From Saprospiraceae bacterium (GTDB taxonomy: Bacteria; Bacteroidota; Bacteroidia; Chitinophagales; Saprospiraceae): a stretch of DNA of 64,000 bases. Below, in pieces: positions 8,527 to 17,403 of this stretch. The stretch is from positions 1,389 to 65,388 of the forward strand of contig JANMMZ010000085.1 in the NCBI GenBank assembly GCA_031373665.1. The letters run 5' to 3'. The position numbers and the translations under genes are program-made. Under the pieces are notes generated by a model. It had not been told where the DNA came from and searched no databases. It saw nothing but the letters and a program-made list of their open reading frames with translations. The first letter of the stretch is position 1. The number at the start of each line of letters is the position of its first letter.

Positions 8527-9771
8527 TTAATTACTTTTTCGTTTAAGTAACACAATAGTCACCAGAAGTACCCCTAAAAAGGAACCTACTCCAATGCCAA
8601 TTTTTTTGAAGGCGGACTGTTTGGTTTCCAATGAACGATTCATTAAACTGTTGGGTTTAAGATAGATAAAGCCCTGTTCATTGTCTATCAAAACATTGAA
8701 GCGATTCAGGATAGCATTGCCGATGATACCCAATTCGCCTGCGGGTACGGTGGATTGCGGTTTTTCAAGCGTAAAGATAAGGTCTTTAAAAACATAGCCG
8801 TTCACGATCAATTGAGGCAATATGCCCACTTTATGATGGCTCAATCCTATAAGTTTTGTTATGTTATCATAGATGGCCGGAATAGAGGTTACTGTTTTTG
8901 AAAGTCGCCCATTACTCGTATTCCCTGTATCAAATACATACCAGTGTGTGTAGGTTTTGTCATGCACACCAATCGAAAACTGCATACAAGGCCGAACGCC
9001 GCCATCCAGAAACATGCCATGTTTTGTATAACCTGAATCTATGGCGGGCATTTTTTCATGGACAATCAAACGCTTGTTGTCGTAGTCAATTTCTAGGTAC
9101 TTATCCAAAAATAGGGTATTGCCAACAATGGCGTCTTCCCAACGTTCCATATTTTTGGTTTCTACCAAATACTCATTTTCCCACGTCAAGTGCCCGATTT
9201 CAAGCGTGTTTTTGGTGCTGGCACGCGCTTTATTTCCCCCTTGGGAATTGACTAAATAGGTTTCAGTGTCAAATTTTATAGGAATCTTGTCTGTGGAATG
9301 GTGATTGATGTTCGTAGCCCCAGCACCTAAATCAAATTGAACTAACACATCCGATCTACCATTGATTTTGCCTTTCAAAAAAATTCGATTGTTGCGCAGC
9401 TCGAAAGGGATCGTATCACGACCGTCGAGCGCACAATTTTTGGGGCCATTCGTCGGACGAGGCTGGGCGGAAATCCTTAAACGGCAACTGTCCCGATCAT
9501 TCAGCAGAATGATAAAGTCGTAATTTTGACCAAATTTGGAAATCCAAACAATCGAATCGGTGTCGGTATAGATACTGATTCTTTGTCCTTTCTTTGGCAT
9601 TTCTACCCAATACACATCCGGGTTGGCTTCTGGAACGATCACTCCCCTGATGGTGTGCGAACCATCTTGGATCACCAAATCTTTGGATTGGGCGCGGATG
9701 ATTGCAGGTTGCTGCGCTTGTATTCCAACAATAAGGAGAAATAGGGCAAAAACGCTCAATAAATAATGCAT
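8527..9771 (-). CDS. Putative retropepsin-like aspartyl protease with a signal peptide and a C-terminal TM anchor
   Basis: Two D-(L/T)-G motifs, FDLGAGAT and VFDTGNTS. N-terminal signal MHYLLSVFALFLLIVGIQAQ. C-terminal hydrophobic segment IGIGVGSFLGVLLVTIVLL. Confidence 0.45.
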   Translation of the reverse strand: MHYLLSVFALFLLIVGIQAQQPAIIRAQSKDLVIQDGSHTIRGVIVPEANPDVYWVEMPKKGQRISIYTDTDSIVWISKFGQNYDFIILLNDRDSCRLRISAQPRPTNGPKNCALDGRDTIPFELRNNRIFLKGKINGRSDVLVQFDLGAGATNINHHSTDKIPIKFDTETYLVNSQGGNKARASTKNTLEIGHLTWENEYLVETKNMERWEDAIVGNTLFLDKYLEIDYDNKRLIVHEKMPAIDSGYTKHGMFLDGGVRPCMQFSIGVHDKTYTHWYVFDTGNTSNGRLSKTVTSIPAIYDNITKLIGLSHHKVGILPQLIVNGYVFKDLIFTLEKPQSTVPAGELGIIGNAILNRFNVLIDNEQGFIYLKPNSLMNRSLETKQSAFKKIGIGVGSFLGVLLVTIVLLKRKSN

Positions 9772-9850
9772 AAATAGGGTAAAATATTGATAGAATCTGC
9801 TGTCTTTAGCAGCACCCGCCTCAAGATAAACAGCAAAGTATAATAGTTAA

Positions 9851-9912
9851 GATGCCCGTTTCCACTCGCTCCGCAACGACCTCATCCCGAAAAAAAATCG
9901 GGATTACGTGCT
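9851..9912 (-). repeat. Conserved hairpin plus a vestigial permease 3' coding end (site A)
   Basis: Hairpin: atcccga (9884-9890), loop a7, tcgggat (9898-9904). On the minus strand it is followed by ATG AGG TCG TTG CGG AGC GAG TGG, which reads MRSLRSE-W, with the former stop mutated. Confidence 0.85.
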
Positions 9913-12324
9913 TTATTCGCTGCGCAGGCTCTTAACTGGATTGGACAACGCCGCTTTCACCGCCTGAAAACCCACCGTCAAAAACGCAATAACCGCCGCC
10001 GCCACACCTACTGCGACGAACACCCACCACGAGATTTCGATGCGATACGCGAAGTCAGCCAGCCATTTGTTCATGAAGTAATAAGCAATCGGAGATGCAA
10101 TGACAATGGCGACAATAACCAATTTCAAAAAATCTTTGGCCAAAAGACTTGTGATACCCGCTACCGAGGCGCCGAGTACTTTACGGATGCCGATTTCCTT
10201 CGTCCGTTGTCCAATTACAAATGCTGACAAAGCCAGTAATCCCAAGCAAGCGATGCAAATAGATAACAATGTGGCAAAAAGTAGGGCTTGCGCAAGCCGA
10301 TTTTCGCTTTCGTATATCTGTGCAAAATGCTCATCCATAAATGTGTAGTCAAACGGACGGTCTTTCACATGCCGCATCCAAACCTCCCGTGACTGGCTCA
10401 AAACCGCTTGCATATTGGCCGCGCCGACCTTCATCGAAATCACCGACGACACCTGTGAGGCTTGCATACAAATCGGTGAAATGGCGTGTCGCAGCGTATT
10501 GTGGTGCATATCGCGGATAATGCCGACTACTCGGCCAGGGGTGCTTTGGCCAAAAGTGGCACGCATGATTTCTTTGCCGATAGGGTCGTCCTTCCAGCCC
10601 ATTTTTTTTACAAACGCCTCATTTACAATGTATTCTGTCTCGTTTAATGCGCCTTCGTACGTGGGTGCCCGACCTGCCACAAATTGCATCCCGTACAAAC
10701 CGAAGTAATTGTGGTCGGCTCGGATAATGCTCATCGGGTGGTTTTCCCATTGACGGGTTTCGGGATTGCGCACCATCAAACCGTTTTGGCGGTCAATGGT
10801 GCCGAGCGATTGGTCGCTGCTGCTGACCGCTTCGACCCCGGGGATGGCCGCAAGTTCCGTTTTCAGGGCGGTTGCGTGCATCCAATTGCCGTTGCCGATG
10901 TCCATTTCCACGACCTGCGCAAAACTAAAACCCAAGTCTTTGTTTTTCAAAAAACTCAATTGCTGATAACAAATCAGCGAGCCTAACATCAATATCCCCG
11001 ACAAGGCAAATTGCACCACCACAAGGTTTTGAATGAATGGGCGTTTCAGCGAAACGGCTGTCCTGTGCTGCTGAAAGGTTTGTGTAACACCATGTCGGGC
11101 AGCTTGAATGGCAGGGTAAATGCCTGACAATAGACCGAGCAAAATAACTATCGCAGCAAACCCCAACAACACTTCTGTTGGGAAAGGCAAATCAACATCG
11201 CGCCCGAGCAGGCTCAAAAAAGGCTTGCGGATCAGGGTTGCCCAAAGCAAACCCAATGCGCCCGCTAACACTGTCATCATCAAGGATTCGCTCAAAAAAT
11301 TGCCCATAATATCGCCGCGTGATGCGCCGAGCGAGCGGCGAACCCCTACTTCTCGCCCTCGTTTTAGGGCTAATACAGTGGATAAATTAGCAAAATTGAT
11401 GCTGCTGATAAGCAAGATGAACAAGGCCAACAAGCCAAGCACACCCACGTACGCCCGATTGGAGCGAAGGTGGTTGTTTTCGTCCTCTAGGTGCATCGAA
11501 CCGAGGTGAATATCGGCAAAGGGCTGCATGGAGAGCGCGATCATTTCCGAGTTGGGCATTTCTTTTTTCAACAATTCGGCAAAAACAGGCTCTAAGGCGG
11601 CTCCATTTTGCACCGAAGGGTGGCATTGGAAATAAGTGGACGACACCACGCCATGCCAACGCGAACCGACATCCCAAGCGTCAAATCGCTGTGCATCAAG
11701 TGGAAATAAGGCATCAAATTGCAAGTGGCTGTTGGCTGGTAAATCCTTCAAAACACCCGAAACCGTGAAAAAAATCGTCGTGTCCTGACCCGAAGGCAGG
11801 GTAAAAGTGTTTTCCACGATTTTGCCGAGCGGCATTTCTGTGCCGAACAAAGCCACGCTGACCGGGAGGGTCAACAGAATGTTTTCAGGCCGTGCAAAAA
11901 CCGTTGAGGGGTCGCCCAATTGGAGCGCGTAATTGAAAAAGGAAAAAAATGAAGTATCCACTTCTAGGCACTTTTGAAGCGTCGTTTCGCGGCTGCCACT
12001 ACGGCAGAGAATGTTTTCGCTTGAAGGGAGCACCCGCAAAAAACGCTCGATGTCACCACATTCCCGGTGTAAAAAAGGCCCCATCATCGCCGATGAAAGC
12101 GCGTGGGTGCTTTCTGGCGAATTGGGATATTTGAAGGCCGTATTCAAGCGGTACAGGCTCGGATGAGCCGGGTTTATTCGGTCAAAATTGAATTCAAAAT
12201 GCAGATACACGCCGATCAACACACAAATGGCAAGGCTGACTGACAGCCCGAAAATGTTGATGGCCGAAAAATTGGCGTTTTTCCAGAGATTTCGGAAGAT
12301 GAGTTTTATTTTATGTATATACAT
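9913..12324 (-). CDS. ABC-transporter permease, duplicated FtsX/MacB type
   Basis: 803 aa. N-terminus MYIHKIKLIFRNLWKNANFSAINIFGL. Signatures GREVGVRRSLGAS and TKEIGIRKVLGAS. Ends SNPVKSLRSE. Confidence 0.9.
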   Translation of the reverse strand: MYIHKIKLIFRNLWKNANFSAINIFGLSVSLAICVLIGVYLHFEFNFDRINPAHPSLYRLNTAFKYPNSPESTHALSSAMMGPFLHRECGDIERFLRVLPSSENILCRSGSRETTLQKCLEVDTSFFSFFNYALQLGDPSTVFARPENILLTLPVSVALFGTEMPLGKIVENTFTLPSGQDTTIFFTVSGVLKDLPANSHLQFDALFPLDAQRFDAWDVGSRWHGVVSSTYFQCHPSVQNGAALEPVFAELLKKEMPNSEMIALSMQPFADIHLGSMHLEDENNHLRSNRAYVGVLGLLALFILLISSINFANLSTVLALKRGREVGVRRSLGASRGDIMGNFLSESLMMTVLAGALGLLWATLIRKPFLSLLGRDVDLPFPTEVLLGFAAIVILLGLLSGIYPAIQAARHGVTQTFQQHRTAVSLKRPFIQNLVVVQFALSGILMLGSLICYQQLSFLKNKDLGFSFAQVVEMDIGNGNWMHATALKTELAAIPGVEAVSSSDQSLGTIDRQNGLMVRNPETRQWENHPMSIIRADHNYFGLYGMQFVAGRAPTYEGALNETEYIVNEAFVKKMGWKDDPIGKEIMRATFGQSTPGRVVGIIRDMHHNTLRHAISPICMQASQVSSVISMKVGAANMQAVLSQSREVWMRHVKDRPFDYTFMDEHFAQIYESENRLAQALLFATLLSICIACLGLLALSAFVIGQRTKEIGIRKVLGASVAGITSLLAKDFLKLVIVAIVIASPIAYYFMNKWLADFAYRIEISWWVFVAVGVAAAVIAFLTVGFQAVKAALSNPVKSLRSE

Positions 12325-12423
12325 AAGTCATATTTTTTAAAAATTGCTTATACAATCGGGTTTCGTTCGCTTTCCTTCAAAAAGAAAGCTCAGAAAAGAA
12401 ATTTTTTTACAAACGGTCTTTTT

Positions 12424-14829
12424 TCACTCACTCCGCAAAGACTTCACGGGATTCATCAACGCCGCCTTCACGCTCTGCAACCCAATCAAAATCGAAGTCA
12501 TCAAGGCCAGCCCCGCAATGGAACCGACAAAAAATAAAGGTGAAAGTTCGATCCGATAAGCATAAGCGTCCAACCAACCGCGTAGCAAATACCACGCGAG
12601 CGGGCAAGCCAACACCCCTGCGACCAGCAAAATGAGCAAAAACTCCCGCAAAAACAGTCCGATGATACCCAGTACAGAAGCGCCCAAGACCTTGCGAACG
12701 CCGACCTCTTTCATCCGCCGTTGCAAGTTGAGCGACACCAAACCCAGAACGCCAAGCAGCGCGATGAGTAAGGCCAAACCCGAAGCGGCGTAGGCTGATT
12801 TTTTCAATTGCAATTCTGTGGCGTAGATTTTTGCCAAGGCATCATCCATAAAAGCGTACTCGAACGCGCTGCCAGGCAGGAGTTCGGCCCATTTTCGTTG
12901 CAGGGCTGCCATGCTCTCGCCCACGTTTTCGGGTTGGATTTTGAAAGACAAATAGCGGTAGGTGGTGTTGTCGTTGACTGAAAGGAACAAAATCGGTTGG
13001 ATTTGCGCCGCCATTGATCCAAAATGGAAATCTTTCACCACACCCTTGATTGGAAACTGGGTAGCCCCATTGATGATATGCACCGATTGGCCGACAGCAG
13101 ATTCCGCATCCGGGAAACCGAGGGCAAGTGCGGCGCGTTCATTCAGCACCACATGTCCAGAATCGAGCCCTCGTTGCGCAAAGAATTTTCCCGCCACCAA
13201 GGGAATGTGGTAAGTGTCTAAGAATTTGTCGTCGGTCGTGAGTTGTTGGCAAACAATGGCCATCGTGGAGTCTTTTCCACTCTGAAAGACTGGGAGTTGG
13301 TTGCCGTTGTTGCCGTTCGGGATTTCAAAGGAGAGGCAGGCACTGTGTACTTGGGGCAGTTTGGCCATTTCGTCGTGCACGGTCAGCATTTTGGCCGTTC
13401 CTGCGGGTGTCCAATCGCGTGGCACTTGCGCGGACACCACAAATTCCTTGTCGTAGCCGATGTTTTTGCCAAAAAAATGGTTGACTTGCGCCGCTACGAC
13501 CACCGCTGCCACGATGACCAAATTGGCGATGCCAAACTGAAAGCCGACCAAATATTTGCGAAGCCAAAGGCTTTCGTTGGCAGAGCGCAGTTTGCCTTTC
13601 AGGGAATCCACCGTTTTCATCGAAGACAACACAAGCGCGGGGTACATGCCCGCCAAAAGGCCGATCGCAATCACCATCCCAATGGGCAACAAGACAAAAT
13701 AGCGGGGAAAGTCAGCAAAAGCAGGCAGTTTTTTGCCCACTATTTGCTCAAAATACGGTTGTGCGAGCGGGTACGCCAAAAAAGCAAGTCCCGTAGCCAC
13801 CGCCACCAAAAGCAGCGATTCGGCCAAAAACTGGGTCGCCAATTGTTGTTTCAAACCGCCAAGTGCCTTGCGCACCCCGATTTCGCGGATGCGCGTGCCA
13901 GAACGTCCAATGGACAAATTGATGAAATTCAAAATCGCCATAAACAGAATGAACAACCCCACCGACGATAAGGTGAGCAACATCCGCTTGACCAATGCCT
14001 TGTTTTTTTGGAGATAATATTCGGTGAGAGCGATGGGGCGCACAGTAAGATTTTCCTTTTCAACGTCCGTCCCCTCTTGTTGGATGAGTTGTTGGATGGG
14101 TTTTTCGAGGTCGGCGGCGACAATACCTGGTTGCAATTCGAGGTAGGTCGGGATGATGACGTTCGACCATCTATCCACGTCGTCACGACCAAAATAGGAA
14201 GCAGTATTCAGGGGTACAAACAAACAATTGGGGTCGTTGCCGAGCAATTGTGTGACAGAATTTTCAGGCAATTCCCGCAACACGCCCGTGATTTGGAATT
14301 CGCGCTTGCCGCCCGAAAAATTCTGGATCGTGAGTGTTTGGCCGACAACATCGGTTTTTCCGAAATATTTGATTGCCTTTTTTTCCGTGACGACCACCGA
14401 ATAAGGGGCAGTTAGTGCGCTGTTGGGGTCTCCGTGCAGCAGTTCAAAGCCAGACATGGGCAACAAAGTGCTGTCGCCAATCTGAATGCCCTCGCGGAAA
14501 ATCTTGTCGCCCGTAGCCACGCCCGACGTGATGCCGTCCCAACGGTAATAATTGGACACCAAATGCGGGTAAACTTCCTTCAAACGCTTGCCCAAAGGAC
14601 CAGCTGTGGTAAGATCCATGCCGAGGTCGGGATTTTTCCAGATACTGGTCAAAAAATATTGCTGGTCAGCGTGGCGAAGGTTATGGTTCACCTGCAACTC
14701 GCCCCAAACAAATACCCCGATGAGCAGGACAAAGAGCATACCTGCCCACAACCCAAATACGTTAAGCGCGGAGTAGAACGCGTTTTTTTGGAGGTTGCGA
14801 AGGGCGAGTTTAAGATGATTTTGCAGCAT
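12424..14829 (-). CDS. ABC-transporter permease, duplicated FtsX/MacB type
   Basis: 801 aa. N-terminus MLQNHLKLALRNLQKNAFYSALNVFGL. Signatures IREIGVRKALGG and MKEVGVRKVLGAS. Ends MNPVKSLRSE. Confidence 0.9.
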   Translation of the reverse strand: MLQNHLKLALRNLQKNAFYSALNVFGLWAGMLFVLLIGVFVWGELQVNHNLRHADQQYFLTSIWKNPDLGMDLTTAGPLGKRLKEVYPHLVSNYYRWDGITSGVATGDKIFREGIQIGDSTLLPMSGFELLHGDPNSALTAPYSVVVTEKKAIKYFGKTDVVGQTLTIQNFSGGKREFQITGVLRELPENSVTQLLGNDPNCLFVPLNTASYFGRDDVDRWSNVIIPTYLELQPGIVAADLEKPIQQLIQQEGTDVEKENLTVRPIALTEYYLQKNKALVKRMLLTLSSVGLFILFMAILNFINLSIGRSGTRIREIGVRKALGGLKQQLATQFLAESLLLVAVATGLAFLAYPLAQPYFEQIVGKKLPAFADFPRYFVLLPIGMVIAIGLLAGMYPALVLSSMKTVDSLKGKLRSANESLWLRKYLVGFQFGIANLVIVAAVVVAAQVNHFFGKNIGYDKEFVVSAQVPRDWTPAGTAKMLTVHDEMAKLPQVHSACLSFEIPNGNNGNQLPVFQSGKDSTMAIVCQQLTTDDKFLDTYHIPLVAGKFFAQRGLDSGHVVLNERAALALGFPDAESAVGQSVHIINGATQFPIKGVVKDFHFGSMAAQIQPILFLSVNDNTTYRYLSFKIQPENVGESMAALQRKWAELLPGSAFEYAFMDDALAKIYATELQLKKSAYAASGLALLIALLGVLGLVSLNLQRRMKEVGVRKVLGASVLGIIGLFLREFLLILLVAGVLACPLAWYLLRGWLDAYAYRIELSPLFFVGSIAGLALMTSILIGLQSVKAALMNPVKSLRSE

Positions 14830-14897
14830 AATTTTTATGTTTTGTGATGTTCACAGCATCTAACTTGATTTAAGTTCATTTTTCAAGATTTTAATAA

Positions 14898-17276
14898 TCA
14901 CTCACTCCGCAGCGACTTCACCGGATTCGCCAAAGCCGCCTTCACACTCTGAAAACCCACCGTTAAAAACGCGATCCCCATCGCCGCCGCGCCCGCTGCC
15001 GCAAACATCCACCATTGAATATCAATGCGATAGGCAAAGTCGGAGAGCCATTGATTCATGAAATAATACGCGACTGGGGAGGCGATGACGATGGCGATGA
15101 GCACCAATTTCAAGAAGTCTTTGGCCAAAAGACTTGTGATAGATGCAATGGATGCACCGAGTACTTTGCGGATACCGATTTCTTTGGTGCGCTGCTCGGC
15201 AGCAAAAACAGTTAGGCCAAACAGTCCTAAACAGCCAACAAAAATGGTCAGACAGGCAAACAGAAAAATAATGCTTGCCATCTGTTGGTCATTTTTGTAC
15301 GAATCATGGATGGCTGCGTCCACGAAACTAAATTCCATCGGTGTTTCCGTTTCGTAGTTTTTGTAGGTTTTTTCCAATTGCGTGATGGCTTCTTCGGTTT
15401 TGCCCACCGCTGTTTTTACAAACATAGAAAAATACGGTGCCCAAGGTTGGTAGCGAAAAATAAAGGGTTCGATACCCGAATTGAGCGATTTGAAATGAAA
15501 ATCTTTTACCACGCCAATGACAGGGCCTGTTGCGCCCCAAAAAGTGACTTGCTTGCCGATCACCTCATTGACCGTAAAGCCCATCCGCTTGACGGCGGTT
15601 TCATTGAGGATATAATTGTTGATCGTATCGGTTATCTCTTGCGGCGGGAAATTAGTACCGCTCATCAACTGCATCCCAAGCGCGGGGATAAAGGTCGGGT
15701 CAACGTTTGCACCGACGGTTAAAAACACCTCCGACGCTTGCATCCCTTTCCATTTCAAATCCGCAGAATTGTCCACGTTTACAAGCGACATCGTAGCGGG
15801 TGCGGCAGTGACAATCGCACTTTGTTTTTCCAAATCTTGCTTCAACAACGCGGATTTGTCTCTCAAACCACCTTTCAAACGCAGCGTTATCAGTTGTTCT
15901 TTGTTGAATCCAAGGTCGTATTGTTGCATAAATCGCAGTTGATTATACATCAAAAACGAGCAAATCATCAAGACGATGGAAATGCCAAACTGAAAAACCA
16001 CCAAGCCCTGTTGGAGGGTTTTACCCGATTGTTTGGTATTCGTATTTTTTAAATTTCTAAGAGGCTTGAAAGCCGACATGATAAAGGCGGGATAAATACC
16101 TGCCACCAACCCGATGATAAAGACAAATGCAAGGAAAAATCCGAGCAATAAAGACGGAGTAAATGAAATAGACACGACCTTATCAGTCAGATCATAGACG
16201 AGCGATTGTAATCTCTGAAACGGCACAATCGCAACAATACCCGCAAGGCTTGTAATCAGCAAGGATTCGCATAAAAACTGGACAATCAATTGTTTGCGCG
16301 ATGCACCATTGACTTTTCGCACGCCTACTTCCAACGATCTTTTCAAAGAACGCGCTGTCGAAAGATTGATAAAATTGAAGCATGCAATCAGCAACAAAAG
16401 CAATCCAACGGCGGCGAATATCTTGACATATTTCGCATTGCTGCGTTTGCCCCAATCGGTTTGAAAATCAAATTTAGAATACAGGTATTGCGCTTTCAGC
16501 GGCTGCAATTGCAGTAAATCCTCTGTTTTGTCGTTATAAACGTGTAGTTGGTTTTTTATCTTTTCCGCAAATGCTGGCACATCCGCTTTCGGATTTAGTT
16601 GGACGTAGGTGTGCCAACTATTGCTGCCCCATTTGTTCGACCATTCATCTATTTTGAGCAGAAGAGGTTTCGGCAACAACACTTGGAACTGAATGCTTGA
16701 ATTTTCAGGCGGGTTTTGGACAATACCCGCTAATTTGAAGTTAAATTCATTGTTCAGTACAAAAATCTGTCCCAACAGGGAGGGCTTGCTTTGCCAATCT
16801 TGACCGAAGTATTTTTCCGCGACGTTTTCTGTTATCACAATGTCGTCAAGCGATTGCAAAGCCGTTTTGCTATCGCCTTGGAGCAAAGGAAAATTGAAGA
16901 CACTAAACAGGCTGTTTTCGGTTATCAATATCTTTTTTTCCTCAAAAACATTTATGTCGTTCTTCAACGTACCGCTCCATTGCATGAAACTAACGGTGTT
17001 CACAACCTCTGGAAAATCCTTTTGCAAAGCCGGCGCCAATGGGCCTGGCGTAACGGCTACATCATAAAGTTTCCCTGCTTGAATTTGCTTTTCCGTTACG
17101 CGATAGATGTTGTCAACATTAGAGTGAAAAGTATCATAATGCACTTCATTCCAAATAAAAACACCAATCACCAAGCAACAAGCCATGCTTAATGCCAAGC
17201 CAATGATATTGACCAGAGAATACACTTTGTTGTTCCAGATATTGCGAAAGGCAATTTTTAAGTTGAAGGTAAACAT
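14898..17276 (-). CDS. ABC-transporter permease, duplicated FtsX/MacB type
   Basis: The track ORF extends to 17426. The paralogue-consistent start is the ATG at 17276 (MFTFNLKIAFRNIWNNKVYSLVNIIGL). The 50-codon extension runs through the hairpin/pseudo-end region. Signatures SLEVGVRKVNGAS and TKEIGIRKVLGAS. Ends ANPVKSLRSE. Confidence 0.9.
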   Translation of the reverse strand: MFTFNLKIAFRNIWNNKVYSLVNIIGLALSMACCLVIGVFIWNEVHYDTFHSNVDNIYRVTEKQIQAGKLYDVAVTPGPLAPALQKDFPEVVNTVSFMQWSGTLKNDINVFEEKKILITENSLFSVFNFPLLQGDSKTALQSLDDIVITENVAEKYFGQDWQSKPSLLGQIFVLNNEFNFKLAGIVQNPPENSSIQFQVLLPKPLLLKIDEWSNKWGSNSWHTYVQLNPKADVPAFAEKIKNQLHVYNDKTEDLLQLQPLKAQYLYSKFDFQTDWGKRSNAKYVKIFAAVGLLLLLIACFNFINLSTARSLKRSLEVGVRKVNGASRKQLIVQFLCESLLITSLAGIVAIVPFQRLQSLVYDLTDKVVSISFTPSLLLGFFLAFVFIIGLVAGIYPAFIMSAFKPLRNLKNTNTKQSGKTLQQGLVVFQFGISIVLMICSFLMYNQLRFMQQYDLGFNKEQLITLRLKGGLRDKSALLKQDLEKQSAIVTAAPATMSLVNVDNSADLKWKGMQASEVFLTVGANVDPTFIPALGMQLMSGTNFPPQEITDTINNYILNETAVKRMGFTVNEVIGKQVTFWGATGPVIGVVKDFHFKSLNSGIEPFIFRYQPWAPYFSMFVKTAVGKTEEAITQLEKTYKNYETETPMEFSFVDAAIHDSYKNDQQMASIIFLFACLTIFVGCLGLFGLTVFAAEQRTKEIGIRKVLGASIASITSLLAKDFLKLVLIAIVIASPVAYYFMNQWLSDFAYRIDIQWWMFAAAGAAAMGIAFLTVGFQSVKAALANPVKSLRSE

Positions 17277-17305
17277 AATTTTATATTTATATTTTTTTAA
17301 ATGTG

Positions 17306-17403
17306 TTATTCGCTCCGCAAACTTTTCATCCCGAAGAAGAATCGGGATTCCATCACTCTGAACGGAGCGACTTGATCCCGAAAAAAAATCGGGATTTCGT
17401 GCC
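17306..17403 (-). repeat. Two conserved hairpins, each followed by a vestigial KSLRSE-stop coding end (site B)
   Basis: Hairpins at 17375-17395 (loop a7) and 17328-17348 (loop agaagaa). The minus strand reads TAA ggcacgaa HAIRPIN c AAG TCG CTC CGT TCA GAG TGA tgga HAIRPIN g AAA AGT TTG CGG AGC GAA TAA. Confidence 0.9.

Noticed and set aside
12325-12423. A short stem (gctttc...gaaagc) between two permease genes, considered as a further member of the conserved hairpin family.
   Set aside because: The sequence is different, no vestigial KSLRSE end accompanies it, and it occurs only once. It is at most an ordinary weak terminator.
13243-13971. Long antisense ORFs inside the permease genes, such as 13243..13971 (242 aa), 5359..5769, 15285..15722, 30252..30692 and 46313..46876.
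   Set aside because: They lie fully inside much longer, family-recognisable genes on the opposite strand. Their composition is biased (R/H/Q/K-rich) and typical of shadow frames.
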